The notes under the pieces: model-generated
The model's input: only the letters and a program-made list of their open reading frames with translations
The model's database searches: none
What the model was told of the DNA's origin: nothing
Shown here: positions 35,067-47,970 of the stretch, piece after piece
Numbering within the stretch: position 1 is the stretch's first letter
How the letters are laid out: each line of letters opens with the position of its first letter
NCBI GenBank assembly: GCA_030704615.1
Contig: CM060732.1
Coordinates: 50,344,001 to 50,408,000 of the forward strand
Source: Takakia lepidozioides
Taxonomy: Eukaryota; Plantae; Bryophyta
Direction of reading: 5' to 3'
Length of the DNA: 64,000 nucleotides
Position numbers and translations under genes: made by a program

Positions 35067-37585
35067 TATTAGAGGGCTGCTTGGGCTTAGACGCTTTTAC
35101 GGGATCTGTGGGGTACCCTTAATTTTTACACAGACTGAAACCAACAGGAGCCTTAGGGTGATAGCAACAGGCTTTAGGGGGGAAGATACACAGCCGGCGA
35201 CACAGTCATCATAGTCCAACACAGTCGACACAGCACCACACACAGCCGTCACACACACTTCGCACATCCAACAACAGTCAGTCACACAGCCCACACACCA
35301 CAATGCAACACCTTCACAGGCCCCACAACACAACAATCCAGTCACACAGCCCTACACAGCCGCCACAGTCTTTGCCACAGCCCCTACACACACCCCCTAC
35401 ACACACCCAGTCACAGCCATACACACCAGATCCCGCTCACATCCTTATACAAGCCAGTCACACAATCTCTGGCAACTTGTGAACAGTTATCATTGCATGG
35501 AACTACGGGGTTGAACGACATCTGAAAAATGAACGTGTACTACACAGGGTGACGGTTAGTTAGGAAAGCGGTTAGAACAGCTTGTAGGTAGAAAAAGCGA
35601 AGAGCGGGGACGTGGAGAGGATCACTTCTTGGTGGGGGACTTTTGGCATCAGGACTGGGAAATAGGGGGGAGAGTACATATTTGAGTGGAAAGATGAAGA
35701 GCACGGAGTAGGAGAAGTGACGATCTATTGTTACTTGATGAATCAAGCTGTAGAATTGTAATGTAGAGTAGATTAGAGACCCATGGCTTCACGCCTGATA
35801 CTTGAAAGATATTAATCTGATACATACTTCATACTCACACTGAGTAGAGAGACCTGAGTGAAGCTGCGGAATGAATGGATGGAACTTGATAGATTTCTGA
35901 AGCAAACTGATACTTAATTGCAGATATAAGGTAACTCGCTAACATTAATGTGGGAAGGATTACAAATAGGAAACACCCCATGATACACTAGCTGTAGGTC
36001 ATGACTGATTGTTCTGAGCGGGCTAAGTGCTTAGAGATTTCCAACTCTTCTATCTTGGAGTTCCCACCTCGGATAGCGAAGGGATGGGTGAGTAAAAGCC
36101 GCTCGACATTTGGCGACCATACTGGGGAACTGGGTCATGAACAACCAGATGTGACAGGCATCTGGTGGGATCATGGTGGATGGAGAATTAAAGAATTTGA
36201 TGTGAATAAAATTCCCTGTGAAATGGAGAAGAAAGATTTCCAAACGATTCTTTCAGAGGTTCTTGGAATTGCCAGACGGTTGTAAAGAAAATTCTTTTAA
36301 AAGAGTGCATGATGCTGACCCTGAATGGGGTCTGGAGAAAGGAGTGATAAAGATTTATCAGGTGGCCTGTAGAGGAAGAGCACGTTTGGTTACCGACACT
36401 GGTTTATGTGTGATAGCATTGCTATCCATTAGCAAGTAGAGTTTGAAGGCTGGGAGGAAAGAAAGGTGAATGTTTATACTCATATGCATGAAGAGCTTGT
36501 ACTGGTAAAGAATTGGATTCCAAAGGATATTTTGTGGATCAAACTCACACCAAGAACAGCTTTCCAGACTTGTTTGCCATATGGTTATATGTTAACAGAG
36601 ACTTCTGTATAGCCAAGGGTGCATTGAAGCTTGAAAGAAACCCAGGCATATACGAGAGATCTTATAGAAGAGAGTTTTGGTTATTGCCACATTAAAAAGA
36701 AATAAAAGACATGGGACATGAGTGATTAAAGAGAAGCTAGACTCCAGAGATATTCAGCAAAAAGAAAGCTATCTGAAAGCTAATTATCCATATCTTTGGC
36801 AGAGAGGAATAGACATAGGGAATCATCTGGACCTCTCACGCCATTAAGATCAAAGAGTACATCACCCATACCCGGAAGAACTAGAGTTGGATGCCACTCC
36901 TTCTTTTTCTTTGCAAGAAAGATTTAAGGGAATTGGTACGGGAAGAAGATCAATCACGAGGTGAAAGATCTTGAGGTACATCCCGGATAAAAGATTTGAC
37001 AGAAATCTTTGATAAGAGTTGGCATGGAACACCAAAAGCAGGAACTCCATTTTCTGAAGCGGAGGGTGAAGAAGGAGGAGAGGATGTGGCAGAGCCAACG
37101 GAGAGTTCAGACTCTCTAACACCATTGCAGTTGAGTTACATGAGTGAAGAAGAAACCCAAGGGCAGAACTTGGAGGATGAAAATAGAGAGAAGAAATTGG
37201 AAGAGGAAGAGTATGAAGAAGTAGACCCAACAGCTGAGGTTGAGACTACAACCATGACATCCCAACCCGTTGGACCTGGATCAAGTGGAGCACTTGGATC
37301 ACATGCCAACGAAGGTGTCGGCTCAGGGGGATCAGGCGGGCTGCCTGGATCTGGCTCTGGGGGGCCAGTAGCAGGGAGTGCTCAGGGGCCACCACTTGGT
37401 GGAAGATCCACCACAACTACAACAGGTCCTCAAGGACCAGCACCAGCAAGGGTGCCAGCACCTGTCAGTGGGCAGAAGGTAGGGCCACAGATGGCGTTAC
37501 AACCACACGGGCACAACCACCTTTTCCAATTATTCAGGAAAAGGGGATCCCGATGTACACATTAGCCAATTTGAGCACATGTGTA
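35067..37585 (+). mobile_element. Ty3/gypsy (Tat/Ogre-like) 5' portion: LTR 35067-36108, PBS 36111-36128, decayed upstream ORF, start of gag; truncated by the next element
   Basis: The LTR is the reverse complement of 37586-38677 and ends ...GCTCGACA. PBS TGGCGACCATACTGGGGA resembles the tRNA-Arg-type PBS of Tat/Ogre elements. gag-like FPNYSGKGDPDVHISQFEHMC at ~37523-37585. Confidence 0.85.
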
Positions 37586-39079
37586 TATCGAGCGGCTTTA
37601 TCTCACCCATCCCTTCGCTATCCGAGGCGGAAACTCCAAGATAGAAGAGAAGGAAATCTCTAAGTACTCAGCCCGCTCAGAACAATCAGTCATGACCTAC
37701 AACTAGTGTATCATGGGGGTGTTTCCTATTTGTTTTCTTTTCCGCATTCATGTTAGCTAGCTACCTTACTATTGATAATTGAGTATCAGTTTGCTCATCA
37801 ACTCATCCATTCATTCCACAGCTTCACTCAGCTCAGATATCTCTACACACAGTGTGATTGTATCGTATAAGTATCAGATTATGATTTATCAGGTATCCAG
37901 GCCGAAGCCATTGTGTCTCTAATCTCCTCTACAATATCACTACAACTTGCATATAACAGGCATTTACTAATCATCTCTCCTCCTTCACCGTGCTCTCCAT
38001 GCTTGCTTTCGTTCTTCCTCTCCGCCCGATCCACTTATCCATCTCTGACCTTCCTCCCCGAGTCCCTCCCCTCTCATCCATGTACCATTCCTCCCCCTCG
38101 ATTGCTTCCAAGATTTTATCCCCTTCTCAGTCCTTGCTTCTCCTTTTATCTTCCTACCCGTGGCTCTAACCGTTTCCTCACTAACCGTCCTCCGTGAACT
38201 AACATGTTCTATTTCAGGTGTTGTTCCCCAGCAGCCGTTCCCTGTCTGCTATCTCGTTCCCTATGGTCGTGACAGCTGTGTCAAGCTGACTGGCTGTGTG
38301 AAACTGTGACGGGCTGTGACTGGCTGTGCGACTGTGTTTGGCTGTGTCGGGCTGTGACTGGCTGTGACGACTGTGACGGGCTGTGACGGGCTGTGATGGC
38401 TGTGTCGACTGTGACGACTGTGTTGGCTGTGTTGGCTGTGATAGGCTGTGTTGGTTGTGATGGCTGTGTCGCTTTGATGCGACTGTGACGGGCTGTGACG
38501 ACTTTGACGGGCTTTTGACGACTGTTTTTGCTGTGACGACTTTTGACGGGCTGTGTAACCCCTCTCTACAGTGCGCTGTTATCACCCCTAAGGCTCCTGT
38601 TGGTCTCAGTCTGTGCAAAAATTAAGGGTACTCCTCAGATCCCGTAAAAATGTCTAAGTCCCTGGCATCCTCTAACGTTACCCCTTCCCCTCTCAAAAAG
38701 CCGTGTTCCTCACGGTTTTACTGTTTGGGATTAGCAAACCTTTGTGAGTGAGCACCCTTCTGACGTTGAGAGTCTCGTGAAGGACTTTGTGTGCGAGCCC
38801 GAGGTCTGCCACTGGTTGACGGAGATGATTGAACACTACCTGGATATGTAAGGCCCTCTGGAGGCTGATATCGAGGTAATCTTTCAGGCATATGAGACCC
38901 CCCGTCGCTTCTTTTCTTCCATCTGAATTGCATAGTCTTCTCCCATGTCAAAAGAATCCCTCGAAGAAACAGTTGTATCAGAATCTTCATCGCCTCTCAG
39001 GTGTTTTAATTGTCGAACTTTTGGTTGGAATCCTTTGGGGCATACATATGTTGTCCTACCATGTCTGGAAGTTTATATT

Positions 39080-42000
39080 TTAAAACTTGGTATAAAACGC
39101 TGAACTGCAAAATTGGTGAAGACACTGAGCTCTCTTGTCTGTCCAGGTGAGTGGGGTACCAATGACTTGTGACTTGTTCAAGTATTTCCATGCCACATGT
39201 GCCTTAGAGAAAATATCATCAATGCCGAATTTCTGTGTTGACAAATTGTTCCAGGCTGCCTGAAACCATGAACGAATTTGAGAATCGTTTTGCATCATAA
39301 CTTTTGGCTCATATAGGTACATATGAGGTGGCACTGAAGATAAGACCCCATGATCCCCACTGGAATAACTCAGAAAGCGCGCTTGCATCTTTTGCTGCTC
39401 AATGTGATAACGTACCAGAAAACAAGCAGCGTAGTATAATCCACATCCCATGACAATACTCGCTACCTCCTTGGTCTTGGTATAAATGAATCCATGTACA
39501 ACTTGGAAGGCAATTAATTTCCTCAACATTGTACCTGCCTCATGCCAGTATTGTGCAAAGTGATGATCTTCAATTGGTCGATTGTTCGGAAGAACTTTAG
39601 TCCTAGTTGCCACTGGCAGCCAAATGCGCATGATTTGGTAGTAATGTGCAAATGACTGCGGAGGACTAAATTCTTTCCAAGCCAAATCCAACATGATGGG
39701 ATTTGGTTGAAGGGCAGAATCATAGCCCTACTGTACTCCCTTGCAGCTGGAGTTTTAGGTGGGTTAAAAGCAGCATTGCCCCATACCTCAGACTGTGGTG
39801 GCTGTGGTGTAGTTGTGTAGTAACAACAGGGTCAGCTATTGGCACAGTGACTTGCTGTGATGTTGGTGGCACTGGCTCTTGTACCATTGGCATCTCCTGC
39901 ACCTCCTGTGAAGAAGACTGAAAAGCTAAATTTCTCGCTTTTAAATAAGAAGCCATTAGCTGTTCATCAGGTACACAACTCTCTTGTCGATATTTGAAGT
40001 GAGGTCCTCCACTTGAGTCTGCAGGCCGTCTATATCCTCCTGTAACTCCGTTATCCTACTATAGACATTGTCTATAGTAGTTGTGGCAATGTTCTGCACT
40101 TGCAGCCTGAGCTCATTCATCTCGCTTTGGGTGAGTTTTCGTGGTGCTTTGCCCCTCCACTCGCCCTTGTGCTAACCAGACCTGCATAAGGTGGTTATCC
40201 ACCAAGTTGCTTGTGGTTCCTCTGAGAGTGTGCTCCTCTCTTTGTTTGTACACATCTAACTGCTGTTGTAAAGCCTCCATGCGCTTTGCATGAGGTTCAA
40301 CCAAATTCGCATAGGCAGCAGCCAGATTATTGGCTTCCTTCCAAGCTTTGTTAGCCACAGAGAGTTCATTTCTATTGGCCATGACCGTTTGTTGCAACTC
40401 CAGGATGTGCCTCTCTTGGTCAGCTTCAACCTGCCTGTATTGCTTGAAAGTATCCTCATTGCGATAGATTGTATTCTTCATGTCGACAATGAGTTTCATT
40501 TGCTCAACATTCTCTGCTTCTGCCTTCATACTTTTTTCCGCTTGACTGTTTATTTCTATTGTAGATTGGTCAAGCATAGTTGTGAGTGTAGCACACATTG
40601 ATGGCCATCCTGTCATGCACTGTCTGCAACTCCGTATGTAGTGCATTTACTTGTTGGCAACTTGCTTTCATGCTTCATGCTTCACCTGCATTGGTATAGC
40701 TGTTGCGTATGTGCTTCGTGCAACTGGTCTTGCGCGAGGCCTGCCTCAATCAATTGTTCCTTGGCCAATTGCAAAGCCGCTTCTGTATTTTCCAAGTCCT
40801 GCTGCATCTTGAGAGTGACCTCCTCATCGACCTTGTTTGCACACTCAGTGGCTAGTCGAGCCTCAAACTCCTTCCTGAGTTCCTCTCTAAAGGCTGTCAA
40901 TTGGGTAGTTGGAGCATGGATTTGACATAAGTCCCCAACAAATTAAGTGTCCTGCCTATGGAACTCATCAGCATTGCCTGTTGAGGGTCATCATGGTGAG
41001 GTTGCTGCTGCTGTTCCTCCTGATCCTCAACCGTGTGATGTCTCACGAACCATTCAGGCCATTGTCCCACCGGATTTTCTTCCTGAACCACATCATCCAT
41101 CACCGTGCTGCAGTGTCTTGACATTCTACCTGTGGTACCTCCGACACAGGTGTGTGTATTATATGCACCTCAGGATTTCCCTTGGGCAACTGTTGCACCT
41201 CTGGAATCTCTGTCTCCTTGACCAGACCAGAATATTCATAGAGAAGGTCCCCCTTCTCAATTTCCGCCACTATCTGTTCTGTAGTTGGAATATCTAACCC
41301 TTCTTTTTCCAAATCAATTATTTCTGGTTGAGCTGCATGGACAACTTGTAACCTTGTGACAAGCCGATCAGCTGGCTGTGATGGTTGTGATACTGAAGTA
41401 ACTTCCTCCTCCCTTTCTGAAGGTTCTGCTTCCAGTAATAGCAGTTCTCTGTGCTGCTGTGCCCCTTCCTGCACATGAGCTTGGGAAACATTATCATGCG
41501 GAATCCGTGAAGCCAGTGGATCCGCGACTACAGTCTTTACCCGTCTCTGCCTCTTAGTCTTGGGTTGCCCTGCTAGTCCACCCTCACTGTGTGAAGAGCC
41601 TTGCTCTTCCATTGCAATGGTTTCTGGCTCAAACACTCCCATCTCCTTTCTTTCTTGCGCATCAAGTATGCCAGAATCAAGAATTATTTGAGCAATGATT
41701 GGGCCAGACACTATGATAGGAGACTTTGCGGTAGTACCTTGTAATCTTTTCATCTCCTCTACCAGTGCGTTGTACATTATGTCCGCCCATTCTACCTCTT
41801 GTCCTTTCAGGGCTTTGAGTATTTCCTCCGTGAAGGATCTGCTCAAATACTGTTGGTTCTATTTCATGGCAATCAGAACGTTCAATACCTGGCCTACCTC
41901 CTTTAGCCCTGGGTACACGGCCTTGGTACAAGCATAACCCCGAGTTTTAAAGAAACTCCCTTCTTGGAATAAGTCCCCTATTTGCAGTCTTGCCCTGTGC

Positions 42001-42287
42001 TCCTCCACATGCACCTGACCTGCTGGCAATCGAAACAATTGCTGGAGGTATAGGGGAGTAATTACTAATTCAACTCCCTTCACCATTGTTGTTCCTGTCC
42101 TTAGCTCTAAGTTCTGCAAGAATTGTAACATGTACTGTCTATGGTGCAATGTCCAATCTATGCTTTGCAATCCTTGCAATCTCAGCTCCTTTAGTATCTG
42201 TACTGCCTGTGGAGTAACAATCGTTTGTTTCTGCAGGATTGTGGTGCTCTTCACCCTGATTTCCTCCATTCCTCTCACTCTCTTCAT
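39080..42287 (-). pseudogene. Accessory ORFs between pol and the 3' LTR (Athila/Tat-type extra-ORF domain, coiled-coil segments, unknown 204-aa ORF)
   Basis: Same-strand ORFs 41859-42287 (QFLQNL...VKGVELVITP..LQQLFRLP), 41100-41846, 40682-41124, 40113-40646 (heptad-rich) and 39080-39694. Confidence 0.6.
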
Positions 42288-42989
42288 TCTAGACCCATAG
42301 AAATGTTTTGGCTATAACAACTGAAGAAATGCCTGTAGTGCACAAAGCATAAACGTATGGTTGCCACAAAAAGCTATGGGTAATTTCTTGTAAGCCTGTG
42401 GGGCTTGCAAGCATCGCTCAAGAGAAAAGATCCGCTCTGTTGTTTCGTCCCTATGCCACTGCGTAAGTAGTATTGCAAGCGTATAGTCTGTTAGTTCCTC
42501 CATAGCTTCAAAGCTATCGCATTGATGGTTTGTCCCTTCGCGACACCCGTTACTTAGAACGTCGCCGTCTCTTGCGCCTAACTCCCCTCCAATTTCTTGA
42601 TCTCTTCTCTGGCTTTTGATTGGCTGTAACCGCTGTGACTGGATTTTTGATTTAATGTTCTTTAGTGGACTTTCCCTGCTGGACTGTCCACTAGGATTAC
42701 ACATATGACAAGAATTTCGCTTTTCTGTACTTGCCGTTTGTTCCGTTCCCCTTTTTCTGTATTCATTAATGGGCCCGCCATTCATCCGAATTGACGAGCT
42801 AAGTAGGTACTTTGACGGCCATTCTTGTCCTCTTTCTTGATGACACCTGTTCTTGCACTTCCTTCTCAGCTGTGTGTCGCGCCCTGACTTCCACGTGTCT
42901 ATTTTTAAACTGGTTTCCGTCCTTTCCTCCGTCGGCCATTTTCCTGAAGTTAATGTGCGTCCACCTGTCACTGATTCTATGGATTGTGT

Positions 42990-43210
42990 AACCCTAGTAG
43001 GCTGTGTCATACTGTGGTACGCTGTAATAGGATATGATGCATGTGGTAAGCTGTGATAGGCTGTGACACGCTGTGGTAGGTTGTGATAGGCTGTGTTGCG
43101 CCGTGCTGGGCTGTGATAGGCTGTGTCACGTCGTGATAGGTTGTGATAGGCTGTGTCACGTCGTGATGGGCTGTGGCAGGCTGTGTTGGCTGTGATGGCT
43201 GTGTCACGCT
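42990..43210. repeat. GCTGTG(ATAG) minisatellite downstream of the integrase, related to CACAGC/GCTGTG tracts in both LTRs (35190-35465, 38265-38560)
   Basis: CTGTGATAGGCTGTGTCACG-type units with a period of ~30 bp. Confidence 0.85.
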
Positions 43211-44936
43211 TGTTTTGCCCGCCTTGGTCATATATGCTCGGCCTAGCGACAAATGCTCCATACTCCGTTCGTAACACTGGTGCAGCCCGTGACTGCTCTT
43301 GCGTTTCAACATGCAATTCATGCTGCAATGGTTTGTCATGGATACCACTGTACCCCTTCAACTTATTGGCATTGACTCTTCCCAGCATTTCTTTGTTAAT
43401 GGTTTGTAACATGGCGGTGTTGTTATCATACATCTTTTGTATGGCATAAGGTCTTTTCCATGGTGATTTAAGCTTATAAGCTTTAATCTTTCCCTTTTTC
43501 TGCAACCATAGAACCAAATCTCCCGTCTTAAAAGTTTTTAACTTGCCTTCATCAAACTGTTCCTTCCTCTTCATCTGAATTCTGGTCATATTATCAGCTG
43601 CATCAGCACGTACTTCTTCCACATGGTATAATTCATGTTTCCTGACCTTAATGGAATCTTGCAATTCCATTCTCTTTCCCCACTCCGTTCTCATGGTAGG
43701 TAACAGGAATTCCACTGGAAGTAAGGCTTCCATACCATAAACTAATTGGAATGGTGTATACTTAGTGGTGACTTTATATGAAGTCCTGTATGACCACAAA
43801 GCTGTCAACAGCTTTGTATCCCAATCCGTTCTGTTTGCATTGAATCTTAGCCAAGATAGTACATAGTATTTTGTTGGTAGCCTCTGCCTGTCCATTACCC
43901 TGTGGGTAATATGTTGTACTCTTCCTATGCACAATCATGAATTCTTTAGTCAATAATTCAATGGTCTCATTAATGAAGTGACTTCCCTGATCACTGATAA
44001 ATTCTAAGGGACAGCCAAATTGTGTGAGTATGTTCTCATATAGAAACCTTGTTGTGGACTTGGCTGTGTTTTCCCTCAAAGCTTTAGCTTCCACCCATTT
44101 CGTAGTATAATCAGTGGCTGTAATTATGTACCTGTTCCGTGTATTCTTGGCTGGTGGGTTGATTGGTCCAACAAAGTCTAGTCCCCATTTCTGAAATGGT
44201 TCCGTAGGCATTGTAGGATGCAAGGCCATCCTTCCAGATCTCTGCAAAGGCCCTAGCCTCTGACATTCATCACAACTCTGACAATACTCGTGTACATCTT
44301 TGAACAAAGTAGGCCACCAGTAACCTGCGAGTAGTAGCTTCCTACTGGTAGTCTCTTCTCCAAAATGACCTCTAGCCACTCCTTTATGAACTTCCTCCAA
44401 AACTTTATTTACTTCATGGTGGTACAAACATCGTTTTAGTACTCCATCAGGTCCTAGCTTATACATTCTGCTTCCTACCATAGTATAAGGTAAAGCTTTG
44501 ATAGCGATTCTCTTCCTCTGCTCCTTACCATAACTAGGTGGGCATTGACCATGAGTAAGGTAGTATCTGATTGGCCACTGCCAATCTAACCATTCATCTG
44601 CACTTCCTTTCACCTCCATTACAAATAAACTCGCATCAGGTAACTGATCGTCCACTCCTGTGGCAGCCTCTCCTGTTGTTAGTCGTGACAAATGATCTGC
44701 CACAAGATGCAAACGGCCAGGTTTGTAAATAACTTCGAACTCAAACTCATGCAAGATTATCAACCACCTCGCTATCCTTCCACTTATCAAAGGTTTGTTC
44801 ACCAGATATATCAGAGCCTGGTGATCCACATAAAACATAAACTTTCTTCCCAATAGGTAATGCCTGAATTTCTTGACTGCATAAATCATTGCCAGTGCTT
44901 CTCTTTCAGTTGTGCTATAGTTCCTTTCAGCACTGT

Positions 44937-47900
44937 AATATCAGGAAGAATACGAGATCACGGTACGTCTAACAGGAGCCAAGAGCCCGCTTTTGCAGGA
45001 TGGACAAACTTCTTCACATTGTACATTGAGAAAAAGCCACACCTTGCGATCGCGATCGTCCCACCATTGTGCATGCCTTCATGCCCCGATTCTAGGGCTT
45101 GAGTCTATGTCTGCCCCCCCTATCCCACCAGCTCCACTCGTCATCGTACATTGAGAAAAAGCCACACCTTGCGATCGCGGTTGTCCCACCATCGTGCATG
45201 CCTTCATGCCCCGATTCTAGGGCTTGGGTCCCTGTCTGCCCCCTATCCCACCAGCTCCGCTCGCCGTCTCTCATGATCAGACTACAGTACATGAGGTCTC
45301 CCATATCCTTCAACAAGTTTATAGCGGTCACCGGATCCTTCGTTTTCTTGCATGATTGCTTCACCCATGCCTTGCGGACATGCCAAAGGCAGAGGAAAAT
45401 GAGTACTCATTCAAAAACAATTCTGCACAACACACATGGTACACATTAGAGTCTTGGGATCGGCCTGCAATGGTGGACTGTAACAACGACTTGTATCAGC
45501 GGGCAGAGCCACTGGACTCGCCCAATGGACAGTACAATGCCATGACGTTGATGTGCTGGAATAACCCCATTGGACTACCCAGTGGACTTCCCCATTGGAC
45601 TTCCCCTAGCTAGGATTGGGGCAGCGGACTGCATCAGCGGACTGCCCCATTGGACTGCCACAACGGACTGCCGAGTGGACTTGGCAGCGGACGACCAACC
45701 CCAGGGACTGCTGAGTGGACTTGGCAACGGACTTGGCAGCGGACTGCCAGCGGACTTGCCAGGGGACTAATGAGCGGACTTGACAGCGGACTACCAGTGG
45801 ATTTGCCCAGCGAACTGCCATCGGGTTTCGCCACAGGAGTCTGCCAGTGGACTGTAGCAATGCATGGCTGCAGTGGACCTCGACGATGGACCGGTGCTGT
45901 GGACCAATAGACTTACCGAATAACGTTGATTTCTGCTTCGGCATCGTCCACAATGAAGGCATTGGGTCGCCAGCTCGGCAAATCTGCGAGGAGTGAATCG
46001 CGCAAGGCTCTCATCCACAGAACCAGTTCTCTCGTCCGATTCCTCGCGGATAGGATATAGACAACTGGTATACCGTTCAACCACTCGTCGAAGACCATCA
46101 ATGTGTACAATGGGAACTGTTGGAATGCACAATGTAAGATGGTCAGAGCATGCAAATTCCGCTTAGTTCTGCACGAGAAGACTTCATAAGAGTGATGAGG
46201 TCTACAGCGGTTCACAATGGGTCTGCCCCTCGGTCTTCCGCAACGTACACATGAAAACATACAGAAAGGGTCAACATACCAAATTTTATGTGAATGTTGC
46301 ATGGTACTATGCTATCATGCTCGTACAAGTTCATGGAATCGTTCGAATAGTACCTTGTCATGATTTGTCCCAAAGATTGCATCACATGCAACGATACGGT
46401 CATGTCCTAGTTCCAACATTCGTCGTTTCTGCCATGGAGTCTGTATGCCAATAGTGAATATCAAATCTCCATCATAATGCTCGAATGTTGGCTCTAATTT
46501 CTCCTCTTGATAGAAAAAAACGGACGCAGGATTCTGGTCTCTCCACATGCGCACACTCTCCGCATTATCGCGCGTGCTTTTTGAAGGTTTGTCACGCACG
46601 TTTCTCGGCAAGGTTGCGAACATCTTGTTCCAACAAGAAATCATCGCGGGTCCATGCATCGCCCAAGCCGGTGTTGTTCATCACGTGCTCTTTATGCTCC
46701 ATCATGATTTGGGCGACCGACAGGCCTCGGCACAAACACTCGACGACCCAGGCTTTCAATTCCTCGCTAATGGTGCATAGGCGTGGCGGGTGTTCCTGAA
46801 CTCTGCGGACTTCCCATGCGAGGGTTTCCCTTGCGCATCTGTATGCTCCATGTTGTTGTAGTACGTGAGGACACAGATGTCAGGGGCGAGATAGCATTGC
46901 TGGACCTTGAAACAGCATTGACAACCACGCTTGTAAGACTCTCCATACTCTGACTTCTTTCTCCTTGGGCCTTTATGAGGGCAAGATGTTCCAGCACCCA
47001 CAAGAGGTCCTCCACGCTTCTGTTTTGGATCCTCCACTATTGCCTTGTTGGTGCACTTGTCATCAGGACCGTAACAGCATTGATACCTGGACAGAAAATT
47101 CTAAAATCGATATCCAACAACTTGAGGAAGCATAAAATCAGAGAACTCGTGAAACAAAAAATGGCAACAGACATGCAATGAAACGTCAAAAAGACTGAGG
47201 ATGGACACATAATACTGGATATAAATATGTTGGCTCTGGGTGCTTTTCGCGAGCCGGGTTCCACTTTAGAATGGACATTCACCCAAAACTGAGTGGGGTA
47301 GTCCTCCAAACTCTCTTCTCCCAGGACAAAGTCACCAACTCTATCCCAAGGTATGCAGGCCTTTTCAACATTCACTCGCACACCCATAAACCCATATTGC
47401 GTCTCACTCTTCCAATGGAGATCCTTCCTGTTGAAGGGTCCTGGTTTTGCTGTTTGCAAACATTGTCGAAGAGGCCGTATAAGCGGGCTTTCCGTGATCA
47501 GTATATCATCGCCACGTCCATGCCATATACAGTACAAATGACACGCTTCTGAACCTGCAAGAAACGCGCCGCAGTACAGGACACGATCGACAACGTGCCA
47601 GGAGAACAGTGCGCACGTTCGTGGCTGCTGGCAAGTGGCAGGCGGTAGGGATAAAGGTTTGAATTGCAGCCCTAAAAATGCAGGGCTCGGATGTGTTATG
47701 TTGGACGGTGGTGATCCTGCGCCGTCAGCGGACTGGATGGCAGGGGACTGGCGGGCAGACTGTTGGGCAGCAGACTGGGCAGCAGCGGACTGGCAGACTG
47801 GAGGGCAGCGGACTCATGGGCGGAGGACTGGCCGCGCGGCGGACGGGGGCACGGGCGCGGTTGCTGCAGCCGCGCCCGGGACTGGGCGGGGCGGGCGGGG

Positions 47901-47970
47901 TGCTGGGGAGTCGGGCGTCCGTGCGCGGGGCCCACCGGCCACATCGCACGTGCCCATTGAAGACCCTATT
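44937..47970 (-). mobile_element. Intron-containing Mutator-like (MULE/SWIM) transposase gene, At4g13970/At1g60560-like, degenerate; truncates the gypsy pol
   Basis: Exon-like blocks IPWDRVGDFVLGEE...YPTQF; KRGCQCCFKV...Y.NMEHTD..GKPSHG; DNAESVRMW....PASVFFYQE; FTIGIQTPWQ...IVACDAIFGTN; FPLYTLMVFD...GIPV.YI...FIVDDAEAEI. Contains a 125-bp tandem duplication (45021/45146) and GGACT minisatellites. Confidence 0.8.
45460..45910. repeat. (A/C)GTGGACT / GCGGACT minisatellite in a MULE intron; the same motif occurs at 47725-47890
   Basis: More than 20 GGACT-containing units. Confidence 0.85.

Larger units (their letters stand above)
37586..44936 (-). mobile_element. Ty3/gypsy element of the same family, 3' portion: RNase H end, integrase, ~4.6 kb extra-ORF region, PPT 38678-38694, 3' LTR 37586-38677
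   Basis: SAERNYSTTEREALAMIYAVKKFRHYLLG; integrase HHCC (H...GHFG...CDEC) and DDE (WGLDFVGP, ISDQGSHF, QGNGQAE), with a frameshift at ~43840. Purine tract GAGAGGGGAAGGGGTAA precedes the LTR. Confidence 0.93.

Noticed and set aside
42312-43300. Long C-terminal extension of the integrase ORF (540-aa ORF)
   Set aside because: Largely read-through of a stop-free minisatellite and spacer; no chromodomain recognised.
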